Source: Camelus ferus
Taxonomy: Eukaryota
DNA: 64,000 bases
NCBI RefSeq assembly: GCF_009834535.1
Contig: NC_045696.1
Coordinates: forward strand, 96,164,001 to 96,228,000
Reading direction: 5' to 3'
Part shown: in pieces, positions 23,411-35,205 of the stretch
Layout: every line of letters begins with the position of its first letter
How positions within the stretch are numbered: the stretch's first letter is position 1
Notes under the pieces: model-generated
Told to the model about the DNA's origin: nothing
Database searches by the model: none
What the model saw: only the letters and a program-made list of their open reading frames with translations
Program-made: the position numbers and the translations under genes

Positions 23411-25933
23411 CAAATAATGACCTTTAAAGAGTCAGAGCTGCCTCAGGGTCCCCAGGTGAGCAGAGGGCAAGGAGGACCACCCAGAGGCCCAGGGAGGAAG
23501 AGTCAGCAGCTCCAGGTTTTTCTTAAGTCTCCCAAACATGGAGAGAGAAACCAAAGGACTTGCCCTGGCGCCACTGTCAGTGAGGGCCTCCAGTCAAAAG
23601 CTCTCCTAAGGCAGACAATCTGCCTTGAGTGCAATCTTGAGAACACAAAACAAAACAAAATTCACCAAGTTCTTCTTGGATACGTACGTGTTCGTCTCCC
23701 CCAATTCCAAGGCAAGTACAGCCTTAACCACTAACTCCACCTCTTGTCCTGGCGTCCATAATCATCACCTGCACCACTTACTTGCCTGCCATCACTCTCT
23801 TGACAGTGCTCACGTCAGCCTGAAATTTTATGTGTGTACACAACCAGCATGTCATGATGAGAAAATACACTTTTCCTGTGTTCCCAACAAGGACCATCCA
23901 AGTGGACCCGACTCTCAGATGCCTGATGAGTTACCGAACCAGCACTCACTGCTCATCTGGTTAAGAAACAGCTGCTAAACTGGGGAAGGAATCCTAAGCT
24001 CTGAATCTAAACTCTGGCTCCAAAGTCCAGTCCTGACACCTCGAACCTTGACCCACTTAGTCAAATTCTCTGAAGCTCTATTTTCTCATCCGTAATAGAA
24101 AAATTTGCCCCTCAAATGGCTCTTATTGTAGACTGGCTGTAAACGGATCGCACTCTAAGGAAAGTGCTCCTTAGTCACATGTGGGAGACGATGCACCTCT
24201 GGTTCTGAGCCAGTCCTTGTAGAAGAGTGTTCCTTTGTAAACCCCCAGCTGTGCCCTCCCGGCCATCCCTGCCCAGCTGCCTGCCAACACAACCAGCTGT
24301 AACAGAGGCCACAAACCGGCTCCCCACAAGCCCACACAGTTGCAGTCATGTTCCATTCTGGCCCACAAGGCGTTCAGCCTACACAGATTTGAAAAGTCTG
24401 ATTTAGATAATGACATGCGAACCCAGGAGAGCCAAGTGCAGTTCAGAGCACGGCCTCCAGGAGCTGCTCTGCCAGGGTCCACGTTCCAACTTCAGGAGCT
24501 GCACAAATGAACTCGACATCTCTGGGCCTCAGCTTCCCCACCTATGAAGAAAGAGGTGGGGGAGAGGACAGGAGAAGACCCCAGCCAGCTCCAAGGAGCT
24601 GCAGGAGAACTCAGTGAGCTCAAACACATAAACACAGGAAGTGTTTACAATGGCGCATACAATCAGCACCCAAGGTTCTGACAACGCTACCCAACCACAG
24701 ATGAGGCCACACTGGGCCCTGACAAGCTCTACCTGGGGTGGCAGCCAACCCCCCGGTGGGGGGAAGGCCATGAGCTCCCCACCTCTCCACAATTCCTCAT
24801 CCCCGAGGGTTCTACACTAGGTCCACCTCGCTTATCTGGACAACCTGCCAGCAGGTGACCACCTGTAGGGCTATCCCTCTGGTCTGGGACTTTGCAACTC
24901 CTGGTACCAAGAGGAAAGCAAGCAGCTCCAGTGGGTTTAATTTAATGATAATTTCCACCCTAGTCAGGCTCCATACATACGTGGAGCACCCCACAGAGAA
25001 GGCAAGAAGCACGAGAGCACAGGGACTATTAATGGGTGTTCCTGAGACAGTCAGAATAAGCAGAGCCTCCTGCAATAAATCAGGGAAGTCTTGAGAGCTG
25101 CAGTTAGGGACTGTTAACGCCAAGTCAGCCATTTAATCAGTACAGCATTTACATCCGAAGGACTCAGCAGCGTGCCCTGGTAGCAACCAGGCTCTGAGGG
25201 TCGTCCTTCTATCTATGTCTACATGTTTACCCCCCGGCTAGTCACTACTTCATCACCAGTGCCTGGGACACTGCTTACTACAGAGTAGGTGCATATAAAG
25301 CATGTAGAACAATCCCTGGCATACTGTAAGCACGTAAGTAAGTACTACTGACTATCCTAACTGCAAACGTGTGTTCTCCTCTTAGGCCAAACTGAACGTT
25401 ACATGTTAAACTGTAAGCTCATAATGTGGCCCTGGAACCCACCCAAGTGAACACACCTGCAGTGCAGCAGCTTAATAAAAAGCCTTTCGGGGCATAGTTT
25501 TCCTTCTTATCTGGTTCTGAGTCACACACTTCGATGAGGGATTTGCAGCCAGGACTGGGTACTTCCATCCCTAATTGCACACTATTACTCAACGGAGAAG
25601 ACGCTGGAGCACAGGACATTACAAATTATATTACAGAACCTGAAAGGGACTAAAAATATGAAGGGGTCCTGCCTTGCACTTTCAAAACAGAAACATTAGC
25701 AGCACACACTCGGCAGAAGATGAACGTGTGAAGAGTTTTTCTGAAGTCCTACTCGTGATCTGTTTGTCAGTAATGCTCAAATATGGAAAAGTTAATGTGG
25801 AAAAAATGACAAGAGCAGCACCTCTTACCTGATGTCCAAATGCTTCCCTGCTCAAGTGCCAATTCCACATTTCCAGGCAGCCCCAATTACCACCTGTTTG
25901 TGAACACTTGTTACACTGGCTCGTTGTTGACAA

Positions 25934-26498
25934 TGTCAGGGGAGCAAAATGTGCCACCCCAAAATGTACCTCTTTGACATGCTAATTATTTTGATCTGGC
26001 AACAATCAAGGCCCAAAAGACTCAGGAACCTTTGACCATCCCCCTATTAGCCTTAAAGAATTTAGAGAGAACCTGCTCCAGGAAGGCAGCTAGCCCCACA
26101 GTTTAACTGTGGGATACGAACTAGGCGCTGAAGACAGGGTGGAACCTAGCAACGTGTGTTAAAATGACTCTCTGTGCCCCAACATTTCTATGGCCCAGCA
26201 AATATTTGTTTACCAAACATTTGCTCTTTTTCAGCTTCCTGTAAATTGCCTTCCTTTCTTCTGAAGTCCCAAACCTCTGGCCCTGACATCCTCACTTGTG
26301 TTTAGCCAAGGATGGTATTTAAGGTGGTGGTTTTTTCCACGTTCATGAGTTAGTAAGCTTTCCTGGGTCTCTCCCATGTATATACATGTTATTAAATTTT
26401 TGTTTTTCTCCTGTTAATCTGTCTCATGTCAGTTTAATTCTTAGACCAGCCGGAGGAGCCTAGAAGGGTAGAGAGGTTTTTTTTTTTCCTTTCCCACA
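25934..26498 (+). mobile_element. ERV1-class solo LTR (MER34-like)
   Basis: Starts TGtcaggggagcaaaatgtgccaccccaaaat, has TATA-like 'tatttaa' and ATTAAA, then 'ttttctcctgttaatctgtct', and ends 'cccaCA'. Confidence 0.75.
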
Positions 26499-26859
26499 AC
26501 TGTTTCCTCTCAGGAGGGTGTTTCAGCTGAAGCCCTGTTCTCCCTACCACAGTGACCACCCCCAGCTCTCACCTCTCACCACATGTTGAATTTGGCAATG
26601 GCAAAGTTTACAAAGGAAAATTATTTAGGTTGTTGCCTGGCTGTTCATTTGCCAGATGATGTGGCGATGAGGGGAGTGGAGAGGAGAAAATTTCAAGAAG
26701 GAAAAAAACAAAAATCCACCAGGCTGTTTTGTGGATCACTGAAGGAAAGAAACTAGCACAGAGGCCAGCCGGACACCCACGCAGATCCAAACATCTCTTC
26801 CTCCTTGCTTCCATTTCCCAACCTTAAGTAAGTTCTAACTGATCAGTTCGGCAGTGACA

Positions 26860-26920
26860 GCCGACCTATCTTGTGGTTTCGGTCAAGTTCCTGATTTTCA
26901 TCTGTTCTTAAAGAGGTGCA
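26860..26920 (+). promoter_or_regulatory. P2RY14: Candidate P2RY14 distal promoter with GATA/RUNX/ETS motifs
   Basis: TATCT (26867-26871), TGTGGTT (26872-26878), TTCCTG (26888-26893) and TATA-like CTTAAAGA (26907-26914) immediately upstream of the P2RY14-like exon. Confidence 0.45.
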
Positions 26921-26929
26921 AGAACTCCG

Positions 26930-27013
26930 TGTGACAGTCTTAATGTGGAGCGTCCACTGAGACGTATCCTGAAATGCGCGCTGTTTGACTCACAGACAGA
27001 AGGCTACGAACAG
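26930..27013 (+). other. P2RY14: Probable P2RY14 non-coding first exon (5' boundary uncertain)
   Basis: Sequence is collinear with the human P2RY14 mRNA 5' end as I recall it; donor CAG|GTAAGG at 27013/27014; about 14 kb downstream of GPR87, as expected from synteny. Confidence 0.65.
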
Positions 27014-29050
27014 GTAAGGGAAGAGCTTTTCCTTGAAAGAACTTGAGCATGTATGAAGGGGGCATGAGAATGGAAAAGGAGACTCCTGGGCTAGGAAGCA
27101 ACAGTAACACCGCACTGTCCTCGTTCCCAGTAGGTTACTTTGGGTTTGAGAACTATAACTTGTTGACATGGCAATGTATTTGCTCATGCTGGGTTTGGGA
27201 TCCAAATCTGAAATTTTATCATTCGTGATTATTAAGGATTTCTGATTGTGGCTGTCAAAATATATCTGTGATGAGGAGATATCAAAGAAAATGCTTAAAA
27301 GGTATTCATCCACCCATGACAGACATTACAAAGGCTTGTATGTGCATATCAAAAATGCCTCTAAAAACTGCAAAATCAATTGTGACCATAGTATCTCTAA
27401 CTCAGTATGAGTATGTTTTTGTCTGCAGTGTCATGCTTGCAGAGACATACAGTTCGCATCTATTTCTTCATATACTTGTATGGGTAAAAGCTATTCCCTT
27501 TCCTGTTATTGGGATAAGTTAACCCAATTAATAGCTAGTAAGACATGTTATTTGCCTTTAAAGAGAATCATAAACTGTGAAAACATTTTTCCTATGCACA
27601 GCAAAAATTTGAGTTCAAATGCTACTTATGGTCTAGGACTAACCAGCTAAATTATTTAAAATACTTTAAAATTATGAATTTAAATTACACTCAGGGGAAT
27701 GAGCACAGGTCCACTCTGTCAGCATATTCAACTAATCTCATGCAGTCCATCTAGTCCAGAAGTTTTTTTTTTCAAGAAAGGACAACTAATTCCATGGAGA
27801 AAATGAATCAAAAAATCACACTGGTAAAACAAAAAATACCACTACATCTTGCATAGTCATCTTCTCAAAGTATACAAACTAAACAGCTTTGGTGTTAAAA
27901 AAAAAAAAAAACACCTTGATATCATTAATAAGTTTAAAAAAAGAAAAAAAGTACTCATTATAAATATCAAAATAACATTTTACAGTTTGTGAACATAACC
28001 AATTTAAGACTTCAGTAAAATCTATAAATATACTCATAAAAGTATGCACACATATATACAATTACACACTGGTAATGTACACATCGACTATATAAATTGT
28101 CATGTCTGTAAGAACTCAGTTAAGGAAGAAATGTAGGGGACAGCAAGATACTCAAAGCATGAAGACCCGGGAAAGGAAAGGGCAGGGTGTGGGGAGAGAA
28201 CCACTGTTTGCTGACACGCGACAGTGCCCATTTCATACTTAAGGAAGCAGGTAGACAGGGTGCAACCACCCTGACAAGGTCATCCAGCTCCTCTCACAGT
28301 ACGCCTGAGCCCCTGGCCACTAGGCGGGGACCTGCACTCCATCCAGGGCAGGAGCCAGCAGCCCACAGGGTTTCAATCAGCCCAGGCTGACCACTGCAAT
28401 CACCCTCCCTGCCCTCCACCCTGCCCCACCAACCGCCAATCAGCATGTCCTTCAATTCTCTTCAACTACTTTCATCCTCAATCATGCATTTGTAGGGCAG
28501 TATTTTTAATTCCCTGGTGAGAAGATTGCTCAGTCTAGTAACATGCACATATACTAGGGAGAAAAATCATACTAAAAACATAAAATTATAGTTATCCCTG
28601 ACATGTTTAAACCGGACACAACAGGGAGATGGAGACAGGAATAGAAAAAGAAAGTCTCTCAGTGAATGGGATAGGGGCCAGGACCATACATTAAAACAGC
28701 TAATGGGTACACCAGGCAGCAAAGACTGAGAAACCACCCTCTGAGAAGCCAGACCACCAGGCTCCGGAGTCCCACTCCCCTATCTACAAAACCGTGATGA
28801 CACTAGCACAAGACTCTTGTAGGATTCGATCAGGTATTATTTGTAAAGTCTTTAACACAGCAGCATAGAAAATGTTCAGTAAATGTTAGCTCACATCATC
28901 ACTGCTTTCACTATTATTATAAAGACTCATTTAATCAAAGTAGATGTGTACATACCTACATATCAGGCCATTAGAAGACATAATTTAGACATTTCAATAC
29001 CTTTGTAGACCAAAGCTCACAGATAAGACACAATACAAAACCATTTACAA

Positions 29051-29241
29051 CAATGCCTCTCAAACTTTGCCACGTATGAGTATCACCTGGGGCACTTGTT
29101 GAAACACGTACCCCAGGGCTGTGTTCCCCAAAGGTTCCGATTCGGTCAGCTGGAGCCAGGGCTTAAGAATCTGCACTTCTAACAACTTCCCAGGAGATGC
29201 TGGCACTGCTGATCTGGGGGTCCACACTTTGAGAACCACTG
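29051..29241 (-). mobile_element. MER5A hAT-Charlie MITE
   Basis: TIRs caatgcctctcaaa / tttgagaaccactg; degenerate 8-bp TSD atttacaa / atgtacag. Confidence 0.8.
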
Positions 29242-30166
29242 ATGTACAGCGAACCCCACATTCACATCTGCCTTACTAATCAAACTGTCTACATGTTCCT
29301 CACTCAACCTAAGCCCATTAATGAGAAGGCAAAATAATGAATAAATGCTTAAAGCACCATATTATCCCTACATAGGGAAGCATTACATTATTCTTGATTT
29401 AGAAAGAAGGAAGGGGGAGGGAAGAAGGAAGAGAGTCAAGATATTTCCCATTAGATGTAAAACACGTCTGAAGCCAGCTGCTGAAGACAGGAATACTGGG
29501 GGCTTGGGGGGGGGGGTTGTTTGTTGAAGTACAAGGAGTTAGCACTGTTTCTGCAGTAAGGTGGATGTCCTGGATGACCCAATTCGAGGAAGCTCACTTA
29601 GTCCAATGTGAGGAAGGCTGTAACCTTCCTGTACTGGCTGGCGGCCAGCACCGGTGGCATACATGAGGACGTGTTTCTGGATCAGACCATGCCAGTTCGA
29701 GCAGATGCACCAAGAGCTGGAACCCTGGCTGAATTTTCTCAGATGGGTCCAGGAGAGAGGCTGGTGACCCTATACTGCTTTCTCGGATGCAAAAGGAAAG
29801 AGTACAGAAATACTGTTGTCCATGACAATGTTCCTTCTATGCAGTGTCTACAGAGTAAATTTAGGCGTTGAGCCTTCCCTAAGCCCAAGTCTCTATGGTA
29901 AGAAACCAGCAGTCATGCTTATTCCATTTGGTTTCAGCATTTCCTTGAAGTTAGTTTGGTATCAGGTGAACTATCTCTGAAATACCAAGAACAGACCAGC
30001 CCACAGAGACACAGGCTGAAGCCAATGTGAGCTTTTCCTGCCATCTTCCTCACAGTCATCTTCACTTGCAGAAGGCTGTCTAGAGGTGGAGGGCTGAACA
30101 CTACGGAGTGTCTTTCAACTGAAAATTAGATCATTGGCTCAAGGTGCCTATCCTGTCCAGGTAGAG

Positions 30167-30348
30167 CAGTAGTTCTCAAAGTGTAGTCCCCAGACAAGCG
30201 GCATCAACACTGCCAGTGAACTTGTTGGATGTGCAAATTTTTGATTCCAGACCTAGTGAACATAAAACTTTGGGGGTACAGCCCAGCAATCCGTGTTTTA
30301 ATAGCCTTCTAGATAATTCTGTTGCATGTTCAATTTTCAATTCCACTG
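30167..30348 (+). mobile_element. MER5A hAT-Charlie MITE
   Basis: Starts cagtagttctcaaagtgtagtcccc, internal 'gcccagcaatccgtgttttaa', ends ccactg. Confidence 0.8.
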
Positions 30349-30671
30349 GGTAAAGTGTCACTAAGTCCTGGGACAGCTCTAAGTTTTCACCTGCTTTCTG
30401 GAATAATTGTAAATGGCACCCTCTTTCTACTTCAGAAGTATCCTGGTTTGGACAATAAGTTGTATGGCCACTCTTATACTTCAGATTGGATGCTACAAAG
30501 GGGTTTCATTGGTTGGATTCTATTTACCGCTTGGGATTCAAATTAGCTTCATTTCTGCAGTTACATTCTGGTACTAAACCCATAGCTGCCCTGAATGCTA
30601 AAAATGCGTTGCCTCGTAAAAGTCTAGGGAGCATGGCTACAGAAACCCATTTCGAGAGAGGTACCCTATCT

Positions 30672-30791
30672 TTTTAAGGGGGAGGTAACTGGGTTTATTC
30701 ATTCATTTCTGTTCGGAGGAGGTACTGGGAATTGAACCCAGAACCTCGTGAATGCTAAGCATGCGCTCTACCACTTGAACTATATCCTCCC
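30672..30791 (-). mobile_element. tRNA-derived SINE, camelid Vic-1-like, full length with TSD
   Basis: Reverse complement reads gggaggatatagttcaagtggtagagcgcatgcttagc...gggttcaattcccagtacctcc. 15-bp TSD agaggtaccctatct (30657-30671) / agaggaatcctatct (30792-30806). Confidence 0.9.
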
Positions 30792-32934
30792 AGAGGAATC
30801 CTATCTATCAAAAATAAAAAACAAACAAACAAAAAACCCAACCACCAAAAAACTATATAAAATCTAGTTTAATTCCCCAGCATGTGGGATCAAGTCTCCT
30901 CCACCAGGTCTTTCAAATCCTTTTTACTAAAACTTCTGGTTCCTCTACAGGGAGTTTTCTTTTCCCAACTACCACCCTGGAAAAGTACAAACCTAGTAGG
31001 GAATCTACTAGTCTTATTTTTGTAGTAATTACCTAGCTATATTAATTCACAGAAAAACCAGATTTGCCACAAATCTTCTCGATCCACCTGTTCTTCTAAA
31101 GACGAAGTGAAATACCGGTCATCTGCTTTTGGATTTGATCTATTTTCCATCCCTTTGAAATCACTGTCTTCACTCAGCCTAAATTAAATTGCTGGCTTTT
31201 TATTCTCCACTGAAGTCTTCCATCTGTTGTTTCTGAAAAGCATTAGAGGCCTTAGATATCGTGTTCTGACCCTTCATCTTTCAGATAAAAGTCAGAGAGG
31301 GGTCGGTGGCTTCTACTCAATTATGTAACATCTGCTATTGAAATTAAGGTCTCAAAGGAAAAAGAGAAAGATCAGCTTTGGCCCAAAGGATATTGTGCAC
31401 TTTGGTGTGATCACTAGGAAAAAGAATCTGATTCTCAGTTTTCTCAGATCACACACTTATTTTCATCACATCACTGGACTATGAACAATTTACACCGAGC
31501 AGACTTGAAATGTGTCAACTTTTCTGTTACCATGGTTGGAAGGCAAGGCCCACTGGCTGCTTATAGGATCCTCCCAGTGAGTCCAGCCCTAAAGTCAAAA
31601 GTTGGTCAGTTCACAGGAGGCTTCATCTAAGGAATGTTTCCATCCTGTTACAGAGGATAAACGAAATCTCCTTCTCATTCTAGAGCTATCTCAGTTAGTC
31701 ATTCATTCAACAAACACTGATTCCTTACCATGAGGCAGCCACGATTCTAGACACTAGAGATACTCTGCTTCCAAGAGTCCCTCACCTCGTGGAGTTTACA
31801 TTTTAATAGGCACAAAGACAAACCTTTACATCTTCAATCTTTCTCCTCTAGGAAATGATACTTATTCAGTATGACAACAACCTTTGGGCCTATTTTTACT
31901 TATTAGATAACATTTTTGGTTTCTTTATAAAGATTTGGAGGGAACTCTAATCTCATCAGAAGTCAACCAACATTTACTGACTTGATCCAAATCCCAGACC
32001 TAACCCTGTTAGGTAGCTAACAGCCCTGCATGCACTATGATAAAAATAGAATATGGAAAGCAATACTAAACGCAGTGAAGTATCCTAGGAGCTAGCCCAT
32101 AGTGTTTAATATTCTCTCATTCCAGTTTTTCTCTAAAACTGCCCAACTGTGTTTCTGCACAAGGATCTCACTGCCTCTTTCTCTACTATAAATATCTCTG
32201 CAAGCACCACCTTTATAGAAGTGAAAAAAGGAAGGAAAAGGATATGTTTTGAGATGAAAACAGAACCTAAAATGTAAGATTGGCCGCCCCTGTTATCACT
32301 GAGTCTATGAAGAGTTTGAATACAGTAGTCCTTGTTGTCAGGGCAACAGAGGTGGGTCTCTGGTTAACCAAAACACCAGACTAAGTAGGAATCACTTTTA
32401 GAAAGGGACAAAAATTTCCTTTGAATGCATTATCTTAACTTAAAATACAAAATATACTTTTACAGCCTAATCTTTCGGTGTTGTAGCAAGATTTTTTTCC
32501 CTGAGTATGGGTCTGCTGATTAGACAGTTCTGTAACGAATTTTCCTTAATAAATTCTAACTTTAGCACATTGGCAGTTACATCCTGTTTCCTAGTTTAGT
32601 TCAACTAGTATGAGAATTTTTAAATACTTAAGAAGCCACATGAGTTAAACAAAATAAAACAAAACAAACCCTAAACCTAGACTCTTAAGCCCTCAAAAGA
32701 TGGGAGCCCATCTTAGCCTAATAAGGAAACGACACAGTGAAGTTTCTCCGCGAACTATTTTATGGATGGATGGCAACAAGGAGCAGCTTACACTAAGTAT
32801 GTCACGGAAACAACACTCTGCCTCACTAGATTTTATCTAGATCCGTTCCTATTCCTACCCCACCTGAGGAAAAGCGCATGCCATGTTCCCACGAAGGGAG
32901 ACCGCCAGTCCTCACGCTCACAAAGCCAAGCAGT

Positions 32935-33165
32935 ACAGCGCGGTAACAAAGAGCAAAGACCATGTGTTCTGGAACCAGACTAGTTCAAATCTTGACTCCA
33001 TCCCACTTACTCTGATATGACCCTGACAAGTTTATTTAATGACTCTATGAGTCATTTCCCTCACTCATCATGGCAGTTAACTGAATTAATGTACATAAAA
33101 TGCCCACAGACTGACTGGCATGACGTAGGAGAACAATCACTGTTTACTGATGCCATCGCCATCAT
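32935..33165 (+). mobile_element. MIR SINE
   Basis: 'gttcaaatcttgactccatcccacttactctgatatgaccctgacaagtttatttaa'. Confidence 0.6.
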
Positions 33166-34104
33166 CAGCTCGCCCCTTAGTAACACAAGTACAGCGTTTG
33201 ATAGCAAGTACAAGTGTGATGCCGACAAGGACAGTGGGGCCAAAGAGAGAGATCCCAGCTTGTCGCTTAACCTCTGTCTGCTTGGTGTACTCATCTGTAA
33301 ATACCTACCAAATACTTACCGAAAAATACTCTATAATAAAATACTTACTGAAGAAGAACTACGCTAAGTTATCATCACGCCTGGTACATAGCTGACAGTC
33401 AAAAAACTTACAGCCATTAACACTCATGTATGTAAAAACCGACAGCATACACTTCATGTCGTAAACCTCCATTCCAACGGATGTCCTCTCCTGCACATCT
33501 ATCAAACCTCCACCCACAGAACCTCAACCAGCACGACTGTGGACTCAGCATCTCAGTTGGGGCAGTGGAGGAAAGGCCAGTTCTCCCAGAAAACACTTTC
33601 TAAGATAAATATTCAACATATAGGATACAATCGGGGAAAAGGACACAGGCTGTAGGAGCATCCTGTGGACAGAAAGAAGAGAATTAGGCCAAGTCTTGAA
33701 AGAGGAAATCGATTCAGCAATTGACGGGTGGGAAATAATAGACTGAGCAGGGAAACAACTTCAATTAATACACTTACTGACCTCAAAACATGTCTTCTTT
33801 TATTCTTATTTTGAGCCCTTGGCTTGAGACCCTGACCCTGTTTGAAACAGTCTCCCTCCAATCCTGACCTCTAACATTTAGCAACTTCTGTCCTCAAAAC
33901 ACAACACAAACCATCTCCTGCCCAGGAGGAGGACCGGCTTTGACAGGCTTTGTTCTCGGCGTTCACGTGGGCCACAGTTCCCGCCATCTCTGCCGTCATT
34001 CTAACACCACATACCATCTCCACATAGTTTACAACATGCATCGTGTCTGCTCAGTGTCCTTCCTGCTCCAAGGGCGAGTTTTCTGGCTTTGACTTTTTCC
34101 CCAC

Positions 34105-35205
34105 TGAATTTAGGTTGGGGTGTAAACTACACACAATAAAATGGACAGCATTTTAAATGTAAATTCAAGGAATGTGGACACCATGTAATCACCACCCTAT
34201 TTACTACAATACAGTATTTTCCATCACAAAAGTTCCCTTGTGTTCCTTTCCAAAGTGTCCACATTCCTGGCTTATGTCGCTAGAACTTAGTTTTACCTGC
34301 AGTAGAGATGCATTTAAACAGACACGCAGTCTGACTTCTTTCGCTCAATACAGTTTTGAGATTTATCCATACTGTCGGCATGTATCACTCTTTCTGATCA
34401 CTGAGTGGTTTTCCATCAGTGTACCACGATTTGTTTACTCATTTTAATCTGCTGATGAACATTTGGGTCATTTCCAGTTTCTGGCTATCATGAATAAAGT
34501 TGCTACAAATATTCTAGCAAAAGTCTTTTTGTGGACGTACGATTTCATTTCTCTTAGGTAAGCACCTAGGACTCAAATTACTAGCTCACAGATAGTTATA
34601 TGTTTAACTTGATAGAAGTTACCAAACTGTTTTCCAAAGTAGATTTCCTATTTTACACTCCTACCAAAAACATATGAAAGTATTAACTGTTCTGTTTCCT
34701 TGACAACTGTTAGTATTGTCAGCTTTTGGCTATTTGTTTTGTTTTTCTGCCATTCTAATGAGTATGAGGTGGTATCTCGTCATTTTAATCTGCATCTCAC
34801 TGAATCATCTTTTTCATGTATTCCTTGGTCAAACAAGTTCTTTCGTGATTTGTTCAGTTAAATCTTTTGGTCATTTAAAAAAAACTGAGTTCTTTGTCTT
34901 TTTTATTAATGAGTTATGAGAGTTCTTAAAGCAGTCTTGAGTCCTTTAACAGAGATATAAATTGTGACTATTTCCTCCCGGTCCATGGCTTGCCTTTCAT
35001 TTTCTTTATGATATCTAATGAAAAAAATGGAAGTTTTAAATTTTGATAAGGTATAATTTATTAACTTTTTATTGCATGGTTTAGTATATTTTATATCCTA
35101 AGAAATCCTTGCCTATCCAACGTGGGGAACATACTGTGTTTGCTTCTGGAAGCTTTATGGTTTCAGTTTTACATGTAGGTTTATGATCCACCCTGAATTA
35201 CTTCT
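34105..35205 (-). mobile_element. Old L1 (L1M-type) 3' region
   Basis: Antisense L1 motifs 'gaacatttgggtcatttccagttt', 'accaaactgttttccaaagt', 'gtggtatctcgtcattttaatctgcat'. Confidence 0.8.
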
